Positions 1-13,070 of a stretch of 64,000 bases of DNA are shown here, one piece after another. The stretch is from Lama guanicoe (Eukaryota). The DNA lies in NCBI GenBank assembly GCA_013239625.1, contig MU054323.1, forward strand, positions 1,302,001-1,366,000, given 5' to 3'. The notes under the pieces were generated by a model. That model saw only the letters and a program-made list of their open reading frames with translations, was not told where the DNA came from and did no database searches. The position numbers were made by a program, and so were the translations under genes. Each line of letters opens with the position of its first letter. The first letter of the stretch is position 1.

Positions 1-3000
1 TACTACATGTAAAGTAGCTTGTTAGCAATCTAGGGGTGCCCTCATGGAAATTTGCTATTAAAATTACCACTAAATAAAATACAATGCAAAGGATAAAAAG
101 TGTTATAAATGCTGAAATGGAATAATGAGCAAAATATATAAAAATGCTGAAGAGAGAAAAATCTGTTCAACTAATGAGCAGAGGAGGATGGGAAAGGAAG
201 TCTCCAGGCACAAAGTGACACTACATAAATGACACTGTGACCCTCAACCCCTAGTTATCTAGGTTTGAATTACTTGGAATTATCCTCTATTCCCCACCTC
301 ATCTCATACAGTCATGTGAAAACTCCCAAATATTCCATTTTGGGTAATGGCCCCTAACCCCACCACCTCCTTTGCAATTGCATTCTTATTGCCTCATCTA
401 TTACCTCTGACATAAAATGAACAACTGTAATAACCTTCTAGCTAATCTCTTTCATCCTTCTTTCTCCACTCTATCAATATATCTTATATAGTCTTTCAGG
501 ATTAATATAAATGTGGAATTCTAATCCTATCACTTCTCTGCACATAAGCCTTTAATGACTCTCATTAGCTACCAAATTAATTTCCAGTTCTGCAGAGCCA
601 AAGCACAAACTAACAATTTTAGCCTTATCTCCAACCATCCCCTTACTCTGACTATGGTTTTGGCCAAACTTGGCTGTTCAACATTTCCCAACAGGCTCTG
701 CACCTTTCTGCCTCATACCTCATTTCTCTTCCTCTACCCGCTGTGGCTTCCCTGCTCATCTCCAACAGTCAAAATTCCAGCCAACTTTTATAAATGCCTG
801 AAGTGGCTCAAGTGACATTTGCTTGATGAAGCCTCACTGTTGGCTAATTATTTTTTTACAAAGCAACGTGATTTCTCCCCTCTAAATGTCTATGGCGTCA
901 TTCTTTGGATTCTGTGTTGTTTTCACTGCCCCTTTGAATGTGGACTCACCAGAGCTACGTAGGGCCTCCTACACTCCACAAAATACACGGCCTTTCCCAA
1001 TCCTCCCTCTCCATTATACCTGGAATTGCATTAATAAGGAATTAAATTTTTATTTGAGAAAAAAGCAGCATCTCATTTCCCTTAAGAACTCCTGAAGCAC
1101 CTGGGACTGGGTCTGATACTGAAGGTCTTCCATTCAGTATCAGAAATGGATATTAACGCAGAATGGCCTCATGGCCAGATGAAAACATGCAGATCTAACT
1201 GTTTTAGGGAAGAAATGTAGGTAGCCCTAGTGGGGTGGGATTTGGTGTTATTCACCTTTGTTCCCCCACGGTCCTTTTGCCGAGTTGGCCATGGAAAGCA
1301 TCTGCTTAGGGAAAGTACGGAGACTAAGGTAAGCCTTTAAAGACAAATTAGTTTGGCAGACAAGACTTCTCTTTGACTCTTGGAATGATCTGAAAATCTG
1401 AGTCAAGCCAAGATGAAATATTGACCTGAGGGGTAGCAGCTAAGACCAGGATGCTGAGTGGGAACTGGGAAGACTAGGAACCTGGGCGTTTCTACCGTTG
1501 AGGACGACAAGTCAGGATGGCTCTATTATTGTTAACTACACTTCACCAGCCACAAGAAGTTAGAAACAAACTGAGAAATGTGAGAACATTGGGCCCCTTC
1601 AAACCAATATCGCTTAAACATTTGTTCACTATTTTTTAGTGGGGGCAAGACATCAAGTAACTTTTTACTAATAAGGACCATATACACAGACATATTTAAT
1701 TACTAACCCATTTCTAATGTCTGAGAGTCAATTTCTGGAAGGAAAAAAAAAAAGACCAGAACAGTTGCCTACTCTCCTATGGCATAACATAATAAATCAT
1801 TCATCCCCAATACACAGAAGCATGGCCTGCACTACTTGGTTTCAAAATTTCAGCTGACTCTGAGTGCCAAGGACGAATACATGTACCATGTTGCAAAACG
1901 ATCAATAGAGCTATTATTCCTTCTCCCACTTAAAGAGTGATGGAAATTTCCACTGGATAGTATTTTCAGTGTCATTGGGAGTGGGAATACATTTAGCCAT
2001 TTTATTCTGGTGATGTTTAGCACCCTGTCCCTTACATACTCATGCTCCAGCAAACTGCCCAGCTGGCCTTCCCTGTTAAAGGGGCTCCTAATCAGGTATG
2101 AGTTACTTCATGTGCAGGCATTGAAGACTATCTCCTTGACCTCAGCTATTTTCCAGTCTCTCTCTAAAGTGAAAGTTTTATTCCTTGTTAAAGCGATTTT
2201 ATTCACCAATAGACAGGCGTTGGGGAGGCCCTACCTAGCCTGTGCTCACTCCATTGATGCACAAAGTTAGAATAAGCCTTATGTAACTAATACACATTTT
2301 CCTTATCTGTACATCTGTTCACATGCCTACATCATTGGTCAAATAAAAGCATGTATCTGAGAAGAAAGATAGAAGTTACTGCCTGGGATTTCCTGTTCTA
2401 TACATTAGAGGGACTAAAAAGTAATCAGTGTACATTACAGAATGTCACAAAGGTGTGAGCCAAATCTAGCACAATACTCTCATTTAAAGACGAGAAAATC
2501 AAGTTCTAGAAGAGGGTAGTTGCAGTTATCCAAGGTCCATGTTTCCCCCAGCAGGGCTCACTTGGTCAATAAATCCATAAGCTGATCAAGAAACTGTTTC
2601 CATGGAATTAATTCAGGGGCTGATTCATCTCCCACCCACAGCCTGATGCCTTAAAAGTCCCCATCAAATTTCTGAGTAAGAACAGAAAGGGAAAGCTGGT
2701 GGTACTATACATATATGAGTGCATATATTTTAGATGCTTATTTGAGATTAGACAGAAAACAGGCAGAAAATGAAGCATGAGGACCCTTGGAGACTGAGGA
2801 GCCGGAGTAAACAGCATCAGAATCCTAAGAAGCTCAGGGGAAAAAAGGTTGACAAACACTGGAAACGGGCTTCACCTACCCCAAAACTGAGGATAGAGAA
2901 GGAAGCTCTGTGTGGACATGTAAATCCCACCTGGAGAAAAACAGCCAAAGTCTGTAACATTTTTAGGGGGAGAAATTGTTTCTAGAAATGACATGAATGT

Positions 3001-3379
3001 ACAAAATTTTTCAAATTGTTCGGGAAAGTTCCAGAGCAGTAACCTAAGTGGCAATTTCACCAGACATTATCCATCTGCTAGCCTACAGTGAGAGGTAGGA
3101 CAATAGAACAAAAAGAAAAAGAAAAAGAGAAAATGTAAGATCAGAGACAAACACAATATGCATGGTTGAGATAAAGGTGCTGACAGGGCCTCTCCTGGCC
3201 TCTCCTGGCCACTCTACCACATCTGCCCTAGTGCTGACCTTCCCCATCTGAACTGATTCAAATGCCACCTCCCAAGCGGTACCTTTGCCTCCAGCTTCAG
3301 CCTAACACCGATGTCAAAGAGCTCCCACACCCTTTGTGCTCCAGTGGCTTACTCGTCACTTATCTCCGCTCTTGAACTC

Positions 3380-3680
3380 ACCAAAGCTAACTCACACTTA
3401 TCTTTCAAAGACCAGATCAGTTATTATCTCATCCAGGAAGCTTTCTCTGATCCCTCAGTCTGTCTTAGAGTCTCCTCCTCTGTGCTCAGACAGAGCCTAG
3501 CTTTACTTATATCTAGAACTATACCCAACCCACTATTGTGGAAAACCTGATTCACTTGTCTATCTTCCTAATTAGACTGAGAACAACTTGCGGGCAGGAA
3601 AAGATTTCCTTGGTATTCTCCACACCTACCACAGGGCATGGCACATAGTAGCAACTCACTGAATGTTTCCTGAATGAAAG
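3380..3680. mobile_element. L2 LINE 3' fragment (ancient)
   Basis: 'aattagactgagaacaacttgcgggcagg...ggcatggcacatagtagcaactcactgaatgtttcctgaatgaa' resembles the L2 3' terminus. Confidence 0.6.
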
Positions 3681-6600
3681 AACATTCCTAATGTTAAACC
3701 TGACTATGTAACATATCTTTGTGTAAATTCTCTAGGGCCTGTGATATAATGAACTTCCCAATTCCTTTGCCTACTGTAGTATTCAAGGTTCTACCTTGTA
3801 GGAATCCAGGCTGTCTTTCCTGAATCAAGTAGCCTGGATAAGCAGATATTTCTATCATAATTGAACTCCTGTATTTCACACAAATTGCCTGAATATTCAG
3901 CCAACCAATGGGAAACTTCTTTCTAAGGCGTTTCCACCTCAGATGAACCAGAGGGGCATAACGGCTGTCCATCAACAAAGGCCCAAATAAGCTGGCCAGC
4001 ACACCAGCTGTGGCCATCACACATGCTGACCAAACAGGGCCATAACGCTTCAGGGAATCATAATGCCCATTTCACAGAACTGCACCTGAATCATTTGTCA
4101 GCAACCATTGGCTTCTGCAGAGCCTGGTAGGCAACCAGACAATCCAAGTTGAACTAAGTGCCTTATATGAGTTTTAGCAGAAGAATGTCTGAAAAACTCT
4201 GATGGGAAAGGAACCTTCTCCCTCACCCCCACCACACATACCTGATTATTGCGTTATCTTGTAACGCATGGTTCTATGCCAGGGGATTAAATTTTATTTT
4301 GATAACCTGGAGAAAGTTCATCCACCTGGTCCCAGGGAACAGCTATAAGTGGAGATTGGGAGTGGGATGTAATTTTTCAGCAACATGACTTAAAGCTGCC
4401 CTAATGGAAAAGAGGGACCACGAGATGTCCCTAATGACCAGCCAGGATGCTGTTGACCTCGATGTATAAGCTGATGTAGCAAACAGAGAATCCACTTCCA
4501 AGGGGCCTCACTCAGGAGAGGCTGAAAGTTCGTGCTAGAAAGTGAAATCTAAACCAGAACCTCTCTCCATTTATGGCCCGGACCGTTGAAGATAGAAACA
4601 CAAATGTGCTTGCCTTTCCCACTGCACGGCCTCTGTGTTCACACCCAGAGCCTTTGCACAGGCTGCTGACTTACTCACTTACCTGCCTAACCCAATCTTT
4701 CTCACCTGTGAAGAGCCACTTAAGATGCCAACTTCCTTTTGAGTCATTCCTTATTTCCCAGTCAGGCTTGATTGCTTTCATCTCTCAAAACCCTGATGAA
4801 CTTCCACTCAGCACTCATGTCTTTGCACCTTGTGGTACAGTCTTCTGTTCATATCTCCCTCCCTTCTGGGCTTGAGGGCAGAGAACACTTCCATTTCATC
4901 TCTTTGCGCTGTCACTCCCTAGAGAATAGGGCCTGGCAAAGAGTAGGGACTCTCTTCCCAAGAGGCATATGCCAGTCTAGCCAGGAGCAATTTTTCGAAT
5001 ACCAATTTCCTAGATAAACAACATTCATGAAGAAAATTAATAAACAAGAAAATATTCCTCTGACACAAGGCCAAGTTGGCCACTCTCTCCCAGGAGTCAC
5101 AGAAGTGTTTATAAGGCAGACATGATAGTAAATGGTCATTCCAACACTATGACAATCACAGCTTCTAATCTTCCATAAGTTCCTCCATTTAGTAACATCA
5201 GAGGGTCAGCCTGGACCATGCTACTCTCTACAAAGATGGAAAACAGAGATTTTTTTTTTATATTTAGTCCAGTTGGATCAAAGTGTTTACGTGAACATCC
5301 AACCATTTCTAAAGAGAGACAGAAGGATGAGTTGGCTGAAACATGGTGTCTAGGGACAAAGACCTACAATTTGGTTTTACCACTTAACAGCTTCTTAATA
5401 TTAGCATCCAAGTGTTTATCACTTGTAATTTTCTTATGAGTCTTTTGCAATCTTTGAAGTTGAAGACTACTTTCTAAGTATTTTTTCTTTACTAATAAAT
5501 GTAATAAATTCAATTGACTTTCTCTGTATATAACCCTGGTCTTATTCTTTGTTTGACTATGTTGCACTCTCCTTATTGTTAATTTCTGAGCAGTAAGTAA
5601 TTTCTGTTTCAGCATAGAGAGAGCCCCTAGTTCTTCATCAGTGCACAGAGCTCCCTAAAATCCAAAAGGCCCTTGCATGGCACACCCATGTGATGGCTGG
5701 GGAATGAATGAACTCACAGTACTCTCAGGTTCTTTAAATGGTCCCACTGTAATGCAGCCCTCAGCCTGCTTGCCCCCTAGGAAAGGATGGCTCAGCTCTT
5801 AGTGGTGTGGGAGGCAGCACTAAGAGCCTGAGGAAGGAGCTGGTGCTGAGAATGCTGTGACAGAGACGTAATGCTCTCGGCCTGGGCTCTTAGTGATGCA
5901 GCACCAACCATGGTAATCAGAGACAGAGACAGACAGAGACACAGAGACGAAAGGGGAGTGGAGAGAGGAGGGGAGAAAGAAGAAGAGGTAGGGAGAGAGG
6001 GGAGGGGTTCAGCAAAAGACAAAAAGGCAAGGCTTGCTGAGAAGTTTCCAGGCCAGTTCTACAGGTTTCCAAGCCAGCTGTCAGATGGAACCTTGATCAT
6101 TTAGTTACTCCCTCACAGGAGAACTGAAACCACATATTCCATGTGGCTGAGCTGTATCTGAAACCTCAGGAAAAATAAACCCCAGGAAAGCAGAGCTGGA
6201 GCTTAGCTGCCGGAGGTCAGTTTATAAATTGCCTCTAAAAACCCATCCCTCCCTTTGTCCCACTCCACATTCCAAGTCATATCCTGCTTTAAGATACCTT
6301 AGTAACTGTCTCCTCCCCCCAGAATAAAACTGGTTTTCACAGAAGAATGTCCTCACTTGTCAGTCAAGGTTCTGAGTGATCTATTCTTCCATGCCCCGGC
6401 CCCATCCCATACCCTAGGAAGGATGATCACGTCAAGCCTGCTCCCTCAGCACAGGGCATTAGCCTCTAGACCACACGAAAGGGACTCCAGGCCTGGCCTA
6501 CAAGCTAGAACCTGTCCACGTCTGGGAACTCCCCACCAGGGCTTTGGGTGTTGGGATTGTGGCCTCCTCTTCCCATGATGAGGTAACTGAAGGCCCTGCT

Positions 6601-7959
6601 CCTGAGAACAATATAGCTCCTAGCTAATTATCAGCTTTTCTTGGAATGTGATTTATTTTTCTCCTAAAGTAATTTCTTGGCATTTAATTTCTTTTCCTTT
6701 TTCTTTCTTTTTTACCCCTCTGGTTTGTAAGCATTTTTGGGGCACATATTATCATTATAAACCCAGTTTCAGTACAGGAGGTCAGAATAAGAGTTCATTG
6801 TAAACCAAAACTAAAATGACAGTTTAGGGTGTGCAGAAGCTCTCGTGCATAATAGGCCAGCCCCACATCCCCAAGTCCTTGGTGAAAACTCAGAGCAGAA
6901 CCTAAGTGCCAGGGAGTAAAACTCTGAGACATCTAATTCCAGGGTAAGTGGCTCAAGGCACTCACATCCCTCATTTTTAATGTAGACATAAATAACCTGA
7001 TACAGCTTTTAGGTGAGCTGGAGATGGGCTACAAAGATACCTGTGTGAAAGGGAGCAGCATAAGAGGTCAGCACAAAGCCAGGCCATGGCCTAAAGTAAA
7101 GTAACCCACTTATTAAAGGAAGAGTTAGAAATAAACCAGGGGGTGGGGTATCTTTACTCCAGGCTCAATAGGGCCATGATGTAACACCTACCAAGACACT
7201 GACATTTTGGCTGGAACTACAAGGATGACAGGAGTTCACCAGGCGGGAGAGGAAGAGGTAGGCAAGATGCTCTAGAAGAGGAATCAGGGATTGAGTTGTG
7301 CTCTGGCACAGTGGAGTTTGGAACACGGATTACACAGGTATCTGCATTTCCAGCCCTTGAAAATCCATTGTTGGCTTGACTAGAAATTTCTGAAGCACCT
7401 GTACTTTGCCTTTATAGCAAGTCTCATGGTTTGTAATTATGTATTTATAGAAATCGCTCACATTTGTCTCCCCCAATCTCTACTCTATCTTAAATCTACT
7501 CCAGAAAGGCAGATATTCCAACTGTTTTGCTCACCCTTGAACCCTCAACACCTAACAGGTACTTAATGGTGTTCACTAAATACATCTAAATATTTAGAAA
7601 ATGAAATCACAATGAACAAATGAAAAAATGAACTACAAATTCAGTGACAGCAGCTCTATCAGAGTGCTCAGAACTGTAGATTAATAAGGTATTATCATTT
7701 GTTTACTATTGAGCTAAATTAGACATCAATGCATATTAAAAATGCTATGGACTATATGCACATGATTAATTTTATCATGTTTGAAAATAACTCTTTTGTG
7801 TATTGGTTTCCCCTCACATAGTCCCATTTTCCCCTTCTTTAGGATGAGACCCATTTGGAATATATATTCATTTTTTAATCTTAGATAAAAGGCACTTTCT
7901 TTAACTGTATACTAAATCTCACTGATATGCACTAAAAGTAATAAAAGGCTAATGATTCA

Positions 7960-8665
7960 CTTTGTACAATACTGGTGGGAATGTAAGTTGTTGCAGCCAC
8001 TGTGGAAAACAGTAAGGAGGTTTCTCAAAAAACCAAGAAGAGAACTACCACATGACCCAGCAATTCCACTCCTGGATATATATCCAAAAATCCCAAAAAC
8101 ACTAATTCAAAAAGATACATGCACCTCAATGTTCATAGCAACATTATTTGTAATAGCCAAGATATGGAAGCAACTTAAGTGCCCATCTACAGATGAATGA
8201 GTAAAGATGTGGTATATATACACGATGAAATAGTACTCAGCCATGTAAAAGAATGAAATTTTGCCATTTGCAGCAACATGGATGGACTTGGAGCGTATTA
8301 TACTAAGTGAAATAAGTCAGACAGAGAAAGACAAATACTGTATGATATCACTTATATGTGGAATCTGAAAAATACAACAGACTCACAGATATAGAGAACA
8401 AAATAGTGGTTACCAGTGGGGAGAGAAAAGGGAGGAGGGGCAACATAGGGGTAGGGGATTAAGAGGTATAAATTGTTAGGTATAAAAAAAGCTAGAAGGA
8501 TATATTGCACAACATGGGGAATACAGCCAATATTTTGCAACTATAACCAGAGTATCGTTTAAAAATTGTGAATTGCTGTATTATATATTTGTAATTTATA
8601 TAATATTATATAACAATCATATTTCAATAATAAATAAATTAATTAAAATTTAATAAATTTTTAAA
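7960..8665 (+). mobile_element. 5'-truncated L1: ORF2 C-terminus, 3'UTR and A-rich tail (L1MA9/artiodactyl-type)
   Basis: ORF 7952-8200 reads [20 protein letters not shown]...[14 protein letters not shown]...KDTCTSMFIATLFVIAKIWKQLKCPSTDE, the L1 ORF2p C-terminal segment. It is followed by a typical 3'UTR and an AT-rich tail. Confidence 0.95.
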
Positions 8666-9499
8666 GACTCCAGTAAGTAATTGACACTGTAATTCTGTTA
8701 GTATGGGCCACTCTTGAACCTGAATTTTGGTAAAAACAGGACAAAGAATTAGGAGAAAACATAACAGATAAACAAATTGCACTATAGTTTTGGTAATTAC
8801 ATGCACAAATAAAATTTTCAGCTTGATAACAAGTCAAAGTCCTTCTTTATTCTTTCACATATACTTGAAAAAAATTAGCAAAGTTTTGCCATTGTGGAAA
8901 AAAGTGCTAGTGGTTCAGAAGAATACAGTGAGGATATTGAAGCTCACCTTAAATGTGTGAAATTTTAGTACACTTATGAATTTGGAAAGAGCAAGAGATC
9001 CAAAGGATATTTTCAATGCCTAACACAAATATACAAGAGAAAATTCTGTCCTTCATCCCTGACAAATCTGAATTAGAGTGGGATGTCCTGGGAGAGGGGA
9101 GCAAATAAAATAAGGTTGATTTCTACTGGTCTCCCTCCTGTCTTTCAGCCACGACTTTTCAGGTATGAGTCAGGCTCTACAATGGGTGCTCCTTACCTGG
9201 ATCTGGGCATTGAACTGAGTGTCCTTGCCCTCCGGAATCAGACTACATAATGTGCTTTGGGGATAATTCCCCACCATACATGTCACCAGCTCCCAGGGAA
9301 ACAACACAGTCTCATTCTCAGAGACCTCTGCTGACTACTGAAAACCTTCCCTAACTCTGTATCTCTCAGGGGTGTAGAGATAATACCACTTATCAGTTTT
9401 GGCCTTTAATATTCTTGTTTAACTTGATAATCTTAAGAACTCCTCCCAGAAGGGCAGGCCATCCTAACTTACCAAAGCCCAGAGAAATCTAGCTATCCA

Positions 9500-9620
9500 A
9501 ACTCCCTCATTTTTCAGATGAGGAAACTGAGACAAACCTAGAGAGGTTAGGTGATACACTAAGGTCACCAAAGGAGAAGAGAACACAAACCCCCACCCTT
9601 AGGCTCATGCTCTTTCTTTT
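9500..9620. mobile_element. MIR SINE fragment
   Basis: MIR core 'cctcatttttcagatgaggaaactgagac...gagaggttaggtgatacactaaggtcac'. Confidence 0.75.
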
Positions 9621-11419
9621 CTCCTCCCCTGCATTTTCTCAAGGGAGAAAGGCAATAGCCTCTCCTTATTAACATTTCCTACCTCTACACTTTCTTTCAA
9701 TTTTCACTGCCATCATCTCACTCTGATGTTCACATCCATCTTGTTTTCTCATTACTTTGCCCACATCATCCCCACCACTCTCACCATCAGGCTTTTCTCC
9801 ATGCAGATTAAAAGTTATCATCACTGAAAAGTCAGCTCGAATCTTTTCTCTTCCGTAAAACCCTCCCAGCTCACTGGCCCAAAAATCCTTTCTATCTGTA
9901 GCACCTGAAGCCTGGACCTTTTTCTTCAACACTTTGCATGTACTTTTTTTACTTCCAATTCTGTTATCCCTTGTTAAGGGAAATACTTCTTCCCTACTCA
10001 GGGTGAATCTTTCAAAAAAGGAGCTTAATTATTGACATCTCTCTACCCCTCATTCACTTCTCAGGGGAAAGTAACAAAGAATAAACTCATAATTATAGAC
10101 TCAGTTCCTCTCTTTTCTTCTTGGAAATAAACTCTTTATAAAGAGTGGTTCCTTTCCATTCCCTGGGGAAAGAGGCACTGTGCGACTAAGAGTATAAGTC
10201 TAATTCTGGACTTCAGTGTCAGGAATTCCTACTGGAACCTATGCTAAACTGTATCACTTCAGTCGGCCTTTACCTACTGGAAAGAAATGTAATTTATTGC
10301 CTTATATGCATTCTACTTGATTTGCTTCTCAACTGGTCCAGAACTTGGAGGGGAGGAGAGGGAATCCCTCCAGATACCACAGCTTTCTGTACGGATATTT
10401 AAGTCTCACTTTATCATTTAATCACTGCTCTGTGTGCTTTGTCTCTCCATCACTAGTATGAACTCCTCAGAGACGGGAACAACGGAGTATAGTATAATTT
10501 TTCATATCCCCCAGAACACTCAGTTCAAAGCTTTGCACATAGCATGTGCTCAATCCATTTCTATTCAATGAAATATTTGTTGAGAAACTCTGATACCTCC
10601 CAGTAATCAAGTAATTTTCCTTAAAGTGTTTTCCCATAATTCTACCACATAGAAAGATCTGTAACCAAGGAAACATCTTTCCCATTCCAGCTAAAACAGA
10701 TGCTTTCAGTTTCAAAAATTTCCTTCCACAAGAACTTCTCCTCCTCCTCCATCATTTCTCTGATTCTCTCTGCCTGTAGAAATAAGAAAAAAAAATTAAA
10801 GTTCCTGCAGAAAGAGAGGCAGCTAAGGGATGGCAATTCTGATTGCTTTCTCCCTCTTTTCATCATAATCCCTAAAAAGACATGCTTGCTTTTAGACACA
10901 ATGACACCTAAAATTGATAGAGCTTAGAATTAATATTTTTCTGCCAGGAGACCCTAAGGCTGTAGGACAGGGATGAACTCCAGACAGCTGTACAGATTCC
11001 CAGTTGCAGTATTTCCTGTCTTCTATCTCATGCTGCTCTTCCTCCTTCTGTTGCTCTTCCTCCTTCTGTGTTCACTCATCCAGAGCCATACTTCTGTACC
11101 ACCCGGCCCTGAGTATGACCCACTAACTGATTTTTCTCTGCACTGCTCCTTCTGGGAATTTGCCCCCACTTCCCCACCACCCCAGTCCTGTTGGTGCCAT
11201 ATTACTATACTTTGTTTAATTTTTCCAAGCCACTCCAGCCCATGTGTAGAACCTCTGAGTTGTCTCTAGTAGGACTTTCCTTTATAAACAGTTTAATTCC
11301 CCAGCTCCCATTTGATCTGAGGCATTTCCTCTAATTCATCCTCTTTTCTAATCTCAGCCAATCCATCATCATCATAGCAGCCTGAGTCTGTCAACTATTG
11401 TCCAAAATATACCATGTGT

Positions 11420-11585
11420 AGTATCAAAGTGCAAAAGAGAAAAGGAATCTTTGAGATGTTCTAGTCTGCCCTTCCTCTTCTTCATTTTATAGATGAAGAT
11501 ACAAAGATACACAGAAGTCAAGTTATTAAAGTGAGCTAAAGACAAATTCAGGACTAAACCTCGACTCCTGACAACCAACTTTTAT
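11420..11585. mobile_element. MIR SINE fragment
   Basis: 'atctttgagatgttctagtctgcccttcctcttcttcattttatagatgaagatac' is MIR core-like. Confidence 0.6.
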
Positions 11586-12214
11586 ACTGTAATATTTTTA
11601 AAGAAATAGAAAAATAACACAACTGATATTGATTTACCATTACTGTATAAAAGAGAATTGCCCAAAATGATACACAAGCCAATGCCTCAAATCCAAGGTA
11701 TCTGCAAATTGAAGATTGATTTTCAGCAGTTTTTATGAGATGGATACTAAACTATAACACACAACAAGGCTAAATGTTCTTCTATCCTATGAGACCAACA
11801 ATTCAGTCTTTTAATAGTAGATGGTGGCTGTAAGAGAAACTCTAGAAGCCTCCAAGGTCTAGTATTCCATTAGGGATATAAATAGCAGTTATAGAGCTTA
11901 AAGAAAAAGGATTTCACTGTGATATTAAAGGAAGAAATACTCCAAAAAATAACATCAAGTCAATTTAATAAAAAAATATGATTATAAACCAAAAAAAAAT
12001 CCAAGTACTTAAACTTAAACAAAAAAGTAATGGGTTCATAAAAATAGGACAAATCCTGTCTCTATCATAATTAAATAATTTACATTGACACGAAGAAAAG
12101 TCTATCACCCTCCAAATGCAGCTTTCTAGATGTAGTCTATATTTTGTGATGAAAAATTAGAATATTTATAACTTAACCAACATGCTATAAACAAAAAAAA
12201 AACCCTGAGACTAA

Positions 12215-12235
12215 ATATATATATATATATATATA
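12215..12235. repeat. (TA)n microsatellite
   Basis: About 10 TA units read directly. Confidence 0.95.
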
Positions 12236-12904
12236 CTCCATATTTTTGCTGTTAATTTCTCACCATCAAACCACAAACTATGTAAATTAGTTTCAATCAA
12301 TTCAACTCTGTGTTTTCATCAATAAATGACACTTGTAATAGCCACGTATTTATTAAAATTCTCCTCATAAATTTCACATTGATAAGTAATGTTTCAAGCC
12401 ACAACCATAATACCATGCTCTATATGCAAGAGAGAGACAGAGAGAGAAGAGAGACGTATATTATCCATGAATGTGGGCTCTCAGATTCAAATACAGCCAT
12501 CCCATTCCTGAAAATAACGGTACACTGCCCCTTTGAGTGTCCTCCTGAAATGGTAGATGATGACAACACTGTTGGAAAGTGACTGGGTATTGATGCTTGT
12601 CAGCACTGGGGGAATGGGTTGGCTGAATCACTTAAACAGAATACAGCGATTTGTCAGGCCAGTGCTTATAATGTAAAGGGCTCTCTGCTTGCTAACAGAG
12701 AAGCTTGGCACACAAGCCCGCCCCAATTTTAAACCAATAAGTAGTCTCTCATTTGAGCCACTCACTGAAGAGGGCATCGGTGGCCCAGGACTCAATAGAA
12801 AGTACATTGTTAAGATGAGCTATTTAAAATCTCCTGCATTTGCATTTGGGTTGTAAGATTTTTGACCTTGCCAGTTACTGCTTCTTCAATAACTGCAGAT
12901 GGAA

Positions 12905-13070
12905 TAATAATAAAGCCTGGCACTCTTTTGAGTGCTTTGAATAATATTTATGTATTTAATCTTCATCTAATCCTCAGATAAGAAAACTGAGTCACAAGGA
13001 AGCTAAGAAATTTGCCCAAGTGGAAGAACTGAATTCCAGCTCAGGCAGTCTCACTCCAGAACCCTTAGCA
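12905..13070. mobile_element. MIR SINE fragment
   Basis: 'atttaatcttcatc...cagataagaaaactgagtcacaaggaagctaagaaatttgcccaag...tccagctcaggcagtctcactccagaaccc'. Confidence 0.75.

Noticed and set aside
9130..9340. Strong minus-strand donor CAG|GTAAGG (9197/9196) and a plus-strand 14-nt micro-exon-like segment
   Set aside because: The minus-strand donor has no good acceptor. The micro-exon is not frame-preserving. Such signals are frequent by chance.
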